A DNA stretch of 50,526 nt from NCBI GenBank assembly GCA_944320495.1, contig CALUHR010000014.1:1-50526 (forward strand), read 5' to 3'. The position numbers and the translations under genes were made by a program. Each line of letters begins with the position of its first letter. The stretch's first letter is position 1. The notes beneath the pieces are model-generated. The model ran no database searches. It was given only the letters and a program-made list of their open reading frames with translations, and had not been told where the DNA came from. This document shows, piece by piece, positions 29,502 through 39,159 of the stretch. The DNA comes from Candidatus Methanomethylophilaceae archaeon (lineage in GTDB: Archaea > Thermoplasmatota > Thermoplasmata > Methanomassiliicoccales > Methanomethylophilaceae).

Positions 29502-31561
29502 ATGAGTACAGATCAGAGACGCTCCAGGACATCCGTCTGGGTGCTGTAGCGAACTCCAATTTCAGAAGAATTGAGTTTGTTGACCATGTGATGAGGATTC
29601 TTCAGGAGTCAGAGGAGGTTGATGACTACACCCTCTGCTATTATGACGGGATTATAGGATCACGCGGGAAGAGGGTGGAGATAGACGGGTATGATTTCGA
29701 TGATTACGATGGAACACTGACCCTCATTGTGTGTAGCTTTAACGGGACTGATATTCCAGGCGTCAGATTAACCAAGACGGATATCGATGGGATGGTCGAA
29801 AGGGCTAAGCGTTTCGCAGAGGGATCCATAGATGGTGTTGCAGAGGACAGCATCGAGGAAAGCGAGCAAGCGTATGAGCTCGCCAGATATATACGGCTGC
29901 TTAGTGAACAGGAGAAGATCAATAGGTACCGCATTCTTGTTCTATCAGACCTTGAGAAGAGCGATCGCATCAAGACGCTGGAGGTAGGTGAGATCGATTC
30001 AAAGGAAGTCCTGCTCAGAGTATGGGATATATCCAATCTGTTTGACCTGGAGGTGTCCCGGAGAGGCTTCGAGGATATCGAGATAGATCTCAAGGATTTT
30101 GGTGTGGATGGTATTCCATGCCTCAGAGCGTGCAGTTCAGGGGGCGAATCAGGATATGACGCATATCTCTGCGCGATTCCGGGAAGGCTTCTTTCCGACC
30201 TCTACGGAAAGTTCGGTAGTAGACTCATGGAGTCAAATGTCAGATCATTTCTGAAGCTTCAAACAAAGACCAACAAGGCAATCCGTTCAACCATTCTTAA
30301 AGAGCCTGAGATGTTTTTCGCATACAACAATGGGATCACAACCACTGCGACAGACATCTGCATTGACGAAACGCCCTCCGGCAAGGTCATTCGCGGATTC
30401 ACCGCACTCCAGATAGTCAATGGCGGGCAGACCACTGCCAGTATCTACACGGTGGGTAAGTCCAGGGACAAGCCAGATCTGGATCAGATATTCGTTCCCA
30501 TGAAGATCACGGTGATCTCCAGGGAGAGAGCAGAGGAAGTGGTTCCGCAGATCTCGCGCAGCGCAAATACGCAGAATAAGGTCAGTGAGGCGGATTTCTT
30601 CTCCAACAGCAAGTTTCACAAGAAGATGGAGGCGTTATCCAGAAGTGAGATGGCTCCACAGAGGCCAGGCATCCCGTACACCACAAGATGGTACTACGAG
30701 CGCACGCGTGGACAGTATCAACAGGATATCAACTCCAAAACTGGTACTGCCCTCTCGAAGTTCAAGATGGAGTATCCCAAGAGTCAGGTGTTCACCAAGA
30801 CTGATTTATCAAAGTATCGGAACAGCTATGATATGAAACCTCATGTTGTTAGCAGAGGGGCTCAATATAGTCTTGTCGAGTTCTCAAAGAGTATCGACGA
30901 GTCCCATATGGACAGCATCAATAGCCATTATTTCCACGAGACGGTAGCCTTGGCAATCTTGTTCCGTCGTATCCAAGACATGGTTTCGGATCAACCTTGG
31001 TACAACGGAGGCTACAGGGCGCAGATTGTTACATACACGATGGCCAAGCTTTCGCAGATGATTGGCGATATGGGAGGGGCTTTGGATCTGGAAAAAATCT
31101 GGAGCATGCAGGAGATTCCTTCTGAGCTTGAGAGGCAGCTGATTCCGATAATGGACTTGGTGAACACATCTATACTTATGGACAAGCGTGAGGAGAATGT
31201 TGCTCAGTGGTGTAAGAAGCCAGCTTGCTGGGAGTGTGTGAAAGGAAGGGCTATAGACCCGCTTCCAGAGCTCAGAACTTGTCTCATTTCAGAGGCCCGC
31301 TCAAAGTGGGATCGGAAGGTGGCAATTCGCAAGCAGAAGGATTCGGATCTGGTTCATGCGCTGATAGATGTTGTGAACTATGGTTCAGGTGCATGGGAGA
31401 AAGCAATGGAGTGGGGGGAGGAGCACGACTCTCTCAGCTGGGAGGACAAGGACCTTCTGAAAAAGGCTATGAGGTGTGACAAAAAGCGTCCGACGGAGAG
31501 GGAGGCGGTCGCCGTTATGAAGGTTCTGGAGAGACTCAGGCAGGACGGCTTTTCCAGATGA
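29492..31561 (+). CDS. mzaE: AIPR family protein (MzaE-like)
   Basis: LMESNVRSFL, FFAYNNGIT, QIVNGGQTTAS, ISRSANTQNKV and WYYERTRGQY motifs. Start is ATG 29492 (or 29477). Confidence 0.92.
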   Translation: MELNEYRSETLQDIRLGAVANSNFRRIEFVDHVMRILQESEEVDDYTLCYYDGIIGSRGKRVEIDGYDFDDYDGTLTLIVCSFNGTDIPGVRLTKTDIDGMVERAKRFAEGSIDGVAEDSIEESEQAYELARYIRLLSEQEKINRYRILVLSDLEKSDRIKTLEVGEIDSKEVLLRVWDISNLFDLEVSRRGFEDIEIDLKDFGVDGIPCLRACSSGGESGYDAYLCAIPGRLLSDLYGKFGSRLMESNVRSFLKLQTKTNKAIRSTILKEPEMFFAYNNGITTTATDICIDETPSGKVIRGFTALQIVNGGQTTASIYTVGKSRDKPDLDQIFVPMKITVISRERAEEVVPQISRSANTQNKVSEADFFSNSKFHKKMEALSRSEMAPQRPGIPYTTRWYYERTRGQYQQDINSKTGTALSKFKMEYPKSQVFTKTDLSKYRNSYDMKPHVVSRGAQYSLVEFSKSIDESHMDSINSHYFHETVALAILFRRIQDMVSDQPWYNGGYRAQIVTYTMAKLSQMIGDMGGALDLEKIWSMQEIPSELERQLIPIMDLVNTSILMDKREENVAQWCKKPACWECVKGRAIDPLPELRTCLISEARSKWDRKVAIRKQKDSDLVHALIDVVNYGSGAWEKAMEWGEEHDSLSWEDKDLLKKAMRCDKKRPTEREAVAVMKVLERLRQDGFSR

Positions 31562-32530
31562 TCAGATCGCCTTGACGATCTTCTTAGCCATCATCTCGAC
31601 TACGGGCACCGTTATAGAGTTGCCAATTTGCATGTACTGGTGACTTCTGGCCATATTTGAAGGGAACTGGATTCCTGTGAGGCCCTGAAATCCAAGACAC
31701 TCGTCGATAGTCAGTTTTCTGATGCCCCAGTCATCACGGATCATTGGTACGTTGTGCCCTCCACCGCCCATATTCGCTGTCAGTGCCGGGCATACTCCGC
31801 TCTTGTTCTCACGGACGTAGTACCTGCGATACTGGTAGACAACGCCCTGTTTTACAATGGACTCATTAAACTTGTCATAGAGCTTTGTATCCCAGGGGCG
31901 GATATAGTACGATTCATCCGCTTTTTCATCCGTGTGCAAGTATTCAGTGATCGGATCGTGTTTTTTCTTGACAGGTGGTTTGATGCATGGATTGCATCTA
32001 TTTTTGTCAAGTGCCACAATGTAAATGCGATTTCTATTGTGGGGAATGCTACAATAGTCCTTGGAGTTGAGGATGTACTGACTGTAGCTGTATCCTCTAG
32101 ATTCTATCTCGTGCCTTATGCGGGCTATCGTGTTACCGTTGTCAATGGTGTTTAGGCGACTAACATTCTCCAGAAATAGAGCTCTAGGCTTCCTTCCGTC
32201 ATCGGTAAGCTCGTCTAAGATGCGAGTTATCTCGAAAAACATGAGACCACGGCCCCTTGGATCGTCGAATCCTAATTGCATTCCCGCTTGTGAGAACGGC
32301 TGGCATGGGAATCCTCCGATCACAATATCCACGTCGTCCTGTATGGAGTTAGAATGTAGATTCACGATATCCTCCTCAAAAAGCGGGAAATCATGTGAGT
32401 TGCGATAGGTCTCGCAGGCATAGTGATCCTTTTCATTGGCGAGGCATATGTCGCATCCAGCATTGTTGAATGCTGTGCAAATGCCACCTATGCCAGCGAA
32501 CAGGCTAAGGACGCTGGGGCGGGAGTTCAT
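31562..32530 (-). CDS. dcm: DNA (cytosine-5)-methyltransferase
   Basis: Motif I SLFAGIGG, IV GGFPCQPFS, VI ENV and X QIGNS. Its stop abuts the AIPR stop in TGATCA (31559-31564). Confidence 0.95.
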   Translation of the reverse strand: MNSRPSVLSLFAGIGGICTAFNNAGCDICLANEKDHYACETYRNSHDFPLFEEDIVNLHSNSIQDDVDIVIGGFPCQPFSQAGMQLGFDDPRGRGLMFFEITRILDELTDDGRKPRALFLENVSRLNTIDNGNTIARIRHEIESRGYSYSQYILNSKDYCSIPHNRNRIYIVALDKNRCNPCIKPPVKKKHDPITEYLHTDEKADESYYIRPWDTKLYDKFNESIVKQGVVYQYRRYYVRENKSGVCPALTANMGGGGHNVPMIRDDWGIRKLTIDECLGFQGLTGIQFPSNMARSHQYMQIGNSITVPVVEMMAKKIVKAI

Positions 32531-32770
32531 GTTGTGTTACGACTCAAGCATACTAGTTTAATAAGGGATGCGTTCAACCAGAGACCGAGAATTTTAGTGT
32601 CGAGATCTTCGACAAGTCCGACTATTTCGCCAGATCAACTCTGAGTCGTCGCTTCGAGGCAAGTCCTGAGCAGGCTCAGGACCTCCGAATCCCATTACCG
32701 CACAAAGCGGAATTTCGGTTGCAAGGTCATGGAACAGGAATTACAACCTGGTTCGATGGACGTTGAAGAG

Positions 32771-33550
32771 TCAAGTCTCCGACATTTTTACCCCTGCAGT
32801 TTTCTCAAACTCACGGTTGTGAATCTGGAGATATTCGGGATTGGGAGCAATTTTCCTAACATGCAGAGTGGTGAATCCGTCGCACATGGTTCTGTAGATT
32901 TCGCGATTCATGTTTTCCTTCAGAACTGGAGCATAATGGATGCAGCGATCCTCATCCACAGTCATGAGGTGTCTGTCGAAGAGCGAATCGTGGAATGTGT
33001 TCAGGCAGAGGACGTTGTCAAGGCTGGTCTTCTGCTCATCTGTAGCGCATTGGCTCCATGGGACGATGTGGCTGCATCTCAGAATCTGCCGTTCCTTGAT
33101 GCCGGTGACGCTGCATCTGCTTCCAGCTTCGACGAGTAGTGTTCTGCGAAGGGAATCCTGTCCAATGCGTTGCCTGACCTGTCTGATCACATCTCCACCG
33201 TTAACGACCATGGGATCGTATTGGTCCTCCAGGAAGGTCATTTCCCTATAGTATCCGTTATTTTCCAATATGTTTGAGGCTAGTGTGAACATTTCGACTG
33301 GGTCATCCTGGAACATCTTCCAGATGCGTTCTACTTTGGGTCCTCCATGAGAAAAGCCCTTGCGCCCTGATTTCAGATATTCCTTATCGCATGCCGCATA
33401 ATTGCCCCATCTAAAATTGATGGAGCCTTCAGTACGGCCGGTTATTTCCATAAAGATGCGAATATCCTCTTTCTGTGTGCCTTGGGGATCGAGATACATG
33501 GCAAGAGCCAGAATCATCTCATCATCGGACCACGAGTCTCCATCAGCCAT
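32771..33550 (-). CDS. HNH endonuclease (HNH_2) with an N-terminal helical domain
   Basis: RIGQ..LR..LL.....CSVTG.....LRCSHIVPW.........DNVLCLNTFHDSLFDRHL; N-terminus WSDDEMILAL..Y. Confidence 0.88.
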   Translation of the reverse strand: MADGDSWSDDEMILALAMYLDPQGTQKEDIRIFMEITGRTEGSINFRWGNYAACDKEYLKSGRKGFSHGGPKVERIWKMFQDDPVEMFTLASNILENNGYYREMTFLEDQYDPMVVNGGDVIRQVRQRIGQDSLRRTLLVEAGSRCSVTGIKERQILRCSHIVPWSQCATDEQKTSLDNVLCLNTFHDSLFDRHLMTVDEDRCIHYAPVLKENMNREIYRTMCDGFTTLHVRKIAPNPEYLQIHNREFEKTAGVKMSET

Positions 33551-33655
33551 GATTTCTAATAAGGTGGGATACAGAATAACCTTCCGGACTTTGTGCTTCG
33601 ATTCGGGAAGCCGCTATTCCATAGTTACTATACAGGACAGCCATAGGGGGTCGAG

Positions 33656-35929
33656 GTGCGTCCGTTGTTCAAACGCAGCAGTTCCGGACCCGATTCCCGT
33701 CTCGAGTCCGCGATCGAGGAGCTCGGTTCCCTGTGCTCATCGGGCAAGTTCGCCGACCCGGTGGAGGTCCAGGCCCTTCTGAGGAAGCACTCGACGGCGA
33801 GGGAGGAGGCCGAGTCCATCCGCAGGAGGCTCCTCGTCCGTCTTCTCGACAGGAGGCTCCTGGGACGGTGCAGGGTCCTGATCGAGCTCTATGACGGTCT
33901 CGAGGGAGCGGCCCACTCGCACAACCTGGACGTCGCACGTTCCATCCTACCGGGAATCAGGAGGTCGGTGGGGGAGATAGACGGGCATCGGCTCGACGGA
34001 CAGCAGCTCACGGCGATAGGGATGGACGTCAGCACGAGGCTGGTCATCGCAGGTGCGGGGACCGGCAAGACCACGACGGTGGTCGGACTCGTGAAGCACC
34101 TCGTGCAATCCGGTAGGGCATCCCCCGAGGAGGTCCTGGTCCTGTCGTTCACGAACGCGACGGTCGACGACCTCTCGTCGCGCATCATGGAGGCCGTCGG
34201 CATACGTGCCGACGTCTGCACGTTCCACAGGTTGGGCATGAGGATACTGGCGTCGTGCGACGGCAAGGTCCCCTTCGTCTCCAGAATAGACCTCCCGTCC
34301 TTCGTCGGGGATCGCATCCTCGAGCTCGCCTCCGACAGTTCCTACCTCCGCGACCTGGACAGCTACCTCAACTTCGATACCCGCTACCAGGTGGACGAGA
34401 GGGACTTCAAGGACAGCAGCGACTACGAGCGCTACATCTCCGAGAACCCGCTGTACACCATGGACGGCAGGAAGGTCAAGAGCCTCGGGGAGGCGGACAT
34501 CGCCAACTGGCTGATCGCCCATGGCATCCGCTTCGAGTACGAGTCCCCGTATCCGATTGACACGCGCAAATCGGAGTACGCTCAATACCGTCCGGACTTC
34601 CACATCTCCGGCATGGACGTCTACATCGAGTACTTCGGCATAGGCCGTGACGGTTCCGTCGCACCGTTCATGAGGTCTCGCCACGGGGACGATCCCTCCG
34701 AGGAGTATCGCAAGGGAATGGAATGGAAGTTCGAGCTGCACGCGACGAACGGTACGAGGCTCATAGCCCTGTACTCGTACCAGCGCAGCGAGGGGACCCT
34801 CCTGGACGACCTGGAGTCGGCCGTCCGCGGTTCGGGCATACCGATACAAGAAAGGGACCCGACGGTCACGCTGTCCAGGCTGAGGGAGACGGACTCGATC
34901 GTCCTGGGCCGCATCTCCCGCGAGTTCTCCACGGCGATTACGCTCATCGAGGGCAGGGGTCGCGGGTTCGACCTCTCGTCCCTGCAGGGATCCGACCGTC
35001 GTGAGAGCAGGATCCTGCAGAGGGCATGCAGACTGGTCGAGCCCATATACGACGCGTACCGGCAGGAGCTGCAGATGAGAGGGGAGATCGACTTCGAGGA
35101 CATGCTGAACCTCGCGGCCGAGAGGGTGTCTTCCGGGATGTACCGTCACCACCTCAGGTACGTCATCGTGGACGAGTACCAGGACATGTCCCGTTCCAGG
35201 TACGACCTGCTCAGGTCGCTCAGGGAGTCCGGGGGGTTCAAGCTGTTCTGCGTGGGGGACGACTGGCAGAGCATCTACCGCTTCAACGGGAGCGATGTCG
35301 GGTACATCCTGGACTTCGAGAGGTACTGGGGGCCATCGGAGGTCCTCCGCATCGAGAGGACGTACCGGTTCTCAGGCGAACTGCTCCGCATCAGCAACGC
35401 GTTCATGAACTCGTCCCCGAACCAGGTCCACAAGGAGCTGGTCGGCGACCCCGGGTCGGACTCCGTGCTCAGGACCATCACAATGAGGATGGTATCCGAG
35501 GCTGTCTCCGGGATACCTCCGGACGAGAGCATCCTGATGCTGGGCAGGTTCCGTCACGACGTCGTGTCCCTGGAGGGCGGCGGGTTCCAATGGAGGCCCT
35601 GTCCCGACGGCAGGACGCTGACGGTGACCCCGGAGTCGGACCCGTCCCGCAGGATCGTGTTCATGACGATACACGGGTCGAAGGGCATGCAGGCGGACCA
35701 CGTGTTCGTCCTGAACAACAGGACTGGTCCGGGCGGGTTCCCGGACACCCGTGGGGAATCGGCGCTCATCAGGTCGCTCCTCGACGGTAGCGGTTCCAAG
35801 GCTGACGACGAACGCAGGCTCTTCTACGTGGCGATGACACGTGCGCGCAAGGCGACGTATCTCGTGGTCCCCGAGGACGGCGGATCTGCGTTCGTGAAGG
35901 AGTGCAGAGAGCTGTCGCGGCGTCGCCGA
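33656..35929 (+). CDS. UvrD/REP-family helicase (helicase IV/HelD-like) with an inserted nuclease-like domain
   Basis: AGAGTGKTTT, VDEYQD, VGDDWQSIYRFNG, TYRF, TIHGSKG and ERRLFYVAMTRA motifs; insert KS.GE..IANWL...YRPDF...YIEYFG. The first in-frame CGA is at 35927; standard TGA end is 35947. Confidence 0.9.
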
Positions 35930-35947
35930 CGGAGGCCCCGACCATGA
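35865..35947 (+). repeat. 83-bp imperfect direct repeat, copy 1 (3' end of the helicase)
   Basis: Aligns without gaps to 36865-36947 with 12 mismatches by my count, mostly transitions. Confidence 0.85.
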
Positions 35948-36190
35948 CAAATGCAGCGAACGGATCGCTTGGTCCGCGTATGGGTGCCGACATGAGGGAT
36001 GGTGATTCCAAGGAGTTGCCGTACGGTCGGGTCCTCGTCGCCCATTCGTTTCAAGATGGTAGTTCAGACATGAACTTCGAATCTAAGACCGTGCATGTAT
36101 ACTTGCACTGACGGTTCGGTTCATAATACAGGGACAGAGGTGAGGGGTTGCCGGCTGGATTCCGACCTCCAGCCGGCAGGAGGAAGCCAA

Positions 36191-36277
36191 ATGAAGCTTA
36201 ACTTCCTCAACAGGAGGATATACCTCCGGGTCTCTGTGACCATCATTGGTCTGGTCATAGAGGTCGCCGTTGAGTGA
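36191..36277 (+). CDS. Candidate 28-aa hydrophobic peptide (MKLNFLNRRIYLRVSVTIIGLVIEVAVE)
   Basis: AGGAGGA Shine-Dalgarno at suitable spacing, preceded by an 11-bp perfect hairpin (36149-36178); ends in TGATCA. Confidence 0.45.
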   Translation: MKLNFLNRRIYLRVSVTIIGLVIEVAVE

Positions 36278-36864
36278 TCAACGGCCAAACATAGGCCTCG
36301 TCGAGGCCGCGGTCCTGTTACGGCAGGGCCGACATAGTTCTGAGGAAGGGATCACGCTCGGGATATTTAAATGTTTTTTTAGCTATCGATTGCTATATCC
36401 GATTATTTTAACAAAACGGGTCATTGGCCTCGGTTGTGAAGCTATCGATTTGCATCCTCCCCATCGACTCACACATGCATCCGAAGATGAACCTGATGCG
36501 GATCGGTACCCAGTCTTTGATTCTCCAGGGCGAGTCAGTGCATCCGCTGCCGGGGTCGTGCCCGCACACGCGTACGCACATGACCGCACGTCTGTCAGTT
36601 CGGGGACAGGTTCCTCGCATCTATGTCGAGGAGCTCCAGATGGCGGAGGTGCTCTTCGTCCCAGCTCCCGCTCTTTTGATGCCATGAATCCCCGATTCGG
36701 GAGGAACGGAACCGGATGATTCGTAGATGCCACGGCATTTCTTCGGCACATCGTCGATGTACCATCCATGGCGGAGCTCCGAGATTGTGACCTGTCCAGG
36801 CGTTTCAGCATCAGCGGGACGTCCGGCGCTCTCATGTTCCCGTCCATGCGCCGCGACACATCCC

Positions 36865-36947
36865 TGGTCCACGGGGACGGCGGGTCCGTGTTCGTGAAGG
36901 GGTGCAGAGAACTGTCGCGGTGTCGCCGGCGGAGGTCCCGGTCATGA
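36865..36947 (+). repeat. 83-bp imperfect direct repeat, copy 2
   Basis: Offset exactly 1000 bp from copy 1. Confidence 0.85.
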
Positions 36948-37060
36948 TGACCCGGATTCTCGGATAAAGCGAATTACCGTTTTGGTAAAATGTGGTAATT
37001 CATAGTAATTGGTGATTCGCCCCCGGACGCCTCCCGACGCCCGAGGGCATGGTTTCACAA

Positions 37061-38971
37061 TCAGCCGAAGAGCTTGAACACCCTGTCGGAGTACCCGAGG
37101 ATGTCGTCCACCGGCATTCCGGCGATGAGCGCGGCCTGGTCGTACATGATGACGGCGAGGTCTTTCGCTTTCTCCTTGTCCTCATCGTACGCCTTCTTCA
37201 GAGCGGCGTAGGCGGGATGGTCGGCGTTGATCTCCAGTACGCGCTTGGCCTTGATTCTCTCCTGGTCGCCGGGGATCGAGGAGAAGTACTTCTCCATCTC
37301 CAGCGAGATGTCCCCGTCCGCCGTGAGGCAGACAGCGTGGGACTTCAGCTTGCTCGAGAGCCTGACGTCGGACACCGCGTCCCCGAGGGCCTCCTTGACG
37401 AACGCGAGCACGTCCTTCTCGGCCTCGGCCCTCTCCTCAGACTCCTTCCTCTCCTCGTCGGTCTCCAGTCCGAGGTCCTTCCCGGCGACGTCGCAGAACT
37501 CCTTCTTGTCGTACTCCCTCAGGGTCCTGAGGGCGAACTCGTCCGCGTCCTCCGACAGCAGGAGGATGTCGTATCCCTTGGAGGACACCATCTCGGTCTG
37601 CGGGAGCTGCTTCGCCCTGGCGACGCTCTCGGCGGCCGCGAAGTAGATCTTCGGCTGGTCCTCGGGCATCGCGTCGCGGTACTCGCGCAGGGTGACCAGC
37701 TTGTCCTCCCTCAGGGAGTGGAACATGATCAGGTCCTTCAGCAGGTCGGCCTTCATGCCGTAGTCCTCGACGATGCCGTACTTGAGCTGCAGGCCGAAGG
37801 ACTTGTAGAACTCGAGGTACTTGTCGCGCTCGTCCTTCAGCATCCTCTCCAGCTCTGCCTTGACCTTCTTCTCGATGTTGGCCCTGATAGTCGCCAGCTG
37901 CCTGTCGTGCTGCAGCATCTCCCTGGAGATGTTCAGGGACAGGTCTGGCGAGTCCACGACACCGCGCACGAACCTGAAGCAGTCCGGCAGCAGGTCCTTG
38001 CACTTCTCCATGATCATGACCCCGGAGGAGTACAGCTGCAGCCCGGGCTCGAACTCCCTGCTGTAGAAGTTGTACGGGGCGACCTTGGGGATGAACAGCA
38101 TCGCCTTGTAGCTCACGGCTCCCTCGGCGTTGATCCTGATAACCGACATGGGGTCCTCCCAGTCGCGGAACTTCTCCTTGTAGAACTTGAAGCACTCCTC
38201 GTCCGTGGCCTCGGACTTCGGCTTCTGCCAGATCGGCACCATGCTGTTGACGACCTCGTCCTCGACGCTGGTGACCCAGTCCTTCTTGGGCTTGCCGTCC
38301 TCGTCGGTCTCCCCGGTCTCCACCAGGTCCTCCTTCTCCACGTCCATGTGGATGGGCCAGCGGACGTAGTCGGAGTACTTCCTGATCAGCTCCTGGAGGC
38401 GGTACTGGTCCAGGTAGTCGGAGTAGCGCTCGTTGTCGTCGTCCGGGCGGAGGTGCATCACGACGCGGGTGCCCCAGCCGTCCATCTCGCACTCGTCGAT
38501 GGTGTAGCCGTCGGCGCCCTTGGACCTCCACCTGTAGGCCTGGTCGGTGCCGTACTTCTTCGTGTACACCGTGACCTCGTCCGAGACGAGGAACGCGCTG
38601 TAGAACCCGACGCCGAACTGTCCGATGATGTCGACGTCCTTCCCCTGCTCCATCTCCCTCTTGAAGTCGAGGGAGCCGCTGTGGGCGATGACGCCGAGGT
38701 TGTTCTCCAGGTCCTCCTTGTCCATGCCTATCCCGTTGTCCTCGACGGTCACGGTGCGGGCGTCCTTGTCATAGGACACCTTGATCCTGAGGTCCTCCCT
38801 GGCGACCTTCACCTCGTCGGGCTTGGTCATGGAGAGGTAGTGGAGCTTGTCTATGGCGTCCGAGGAGTTGCTCACGATCTCCCTCAGGAAGATCTCCCTG
38901 TGGGTGTAGATCGAGTTGATCATCAGGTCGAGCAGCTGTTTGGACTCCGCCTTGAACTGTCTCTTTGACAT
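37061..38971 (-). CDS. htpG: Hsp90 family chaperone HtpG (bacterial type)
   Basis: FKAESKQLLDLMINSIY..REIFLREIVSNSSDA, DNGIGM, IGQFGVGFYSAF and FVRGVVDSPDLSLNISRE.LQ motifs; GGAGGTG Shine-Dalgarno before ATG 38971. Confidence 0.96.
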   Translation of the reverse strand: MSKRQFKAESKQLLDLMINSIYTHREIFLREIVSNSSDAIDKLHYLSMTKPDEVKVAREDLRIKVSYDKDARTVTVEDNGIGMDKEDLENNLGVIAHSGSLDFKREMEQGKDVDIIGQFGVGFYSAFLVSDEVTVYTKKYGTDQAYRWRSKGADGYTIDECEMDGWGTRVVMHLRPDDDNERYSDYLDQYRLQELIRKYSDYVRWPIHMDVEKEDLVETGETDEDGKPKKDWVTSVEDEVVNSMVPIWQKPKSEATDEECFKFYKEKFRDWEDPMSVIRINAEGAVSYKAMLFIPKVAPYNFYSREFEPGLQLYSSGVMIMEKCKDLLPDCFRFVRGVVDSPDLSLNISREMLQHDRQLATIRANIEKKVKAELERMLKDERDKYLEFYKSFGLQLKYGIVEDYGMKADLLKDLIMFHSLREDKLVTLREYRDAMPEDQPKIYFAAAESVARAKQLPQTEMVSSKGYDILLLSEDADEFALRTLREYDKKEFCDVAGKDLGLETDEERKESEERAEAEKDVLAFVKEALGDAVSDVRLSSKLKSHAVCLTADGDISLEMEKYFSSIPGDQERIKAKRVLEINADHPAYAALKKAYDEDKEKAKDLAVIMYDQAALIAGMPVDDILGYSDRVFKLFG

Positions 38972-39159
38972 ATCGAACACCTCCGCCTGAAGCGGTATAT
39001 GCCTGTGACTGTAAGAGCTTCTATAAGAACATTATCATAGAGGGGATGTCCCGGGGTATGTGAACGGACGGAGGTCGGCCGAGCGGATTCTGATTGTATT
39101 TGATTATATTCAATTGTACGAAATCAAGTTTTATTATGTTGCAATCGTATGAGGTGGTC

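Larger units (their letters stand above)
23030..33650. other. AT-rich defence island (Mza-like system with RM components), likely horizontally acquired
   Basis: Visible drop in GC and loss of the host GC3 codon bias. Approximate boundaries; no integrase seen. Confidence 0.8.

Noticed and set aside
36103-36127. Bacterial sigma70-like promoter TTGCAC...CATAAT
   Set aside because: The spacer is only 13 nt.
36408-36872. Minus-strand ORF pair joined by an in-frame TAG at 36623-36621 (possible Pyl protein)
   Set aside because: No motif; TAG is followed by ATG CGA, so the frame would end immediately under the proposed code.
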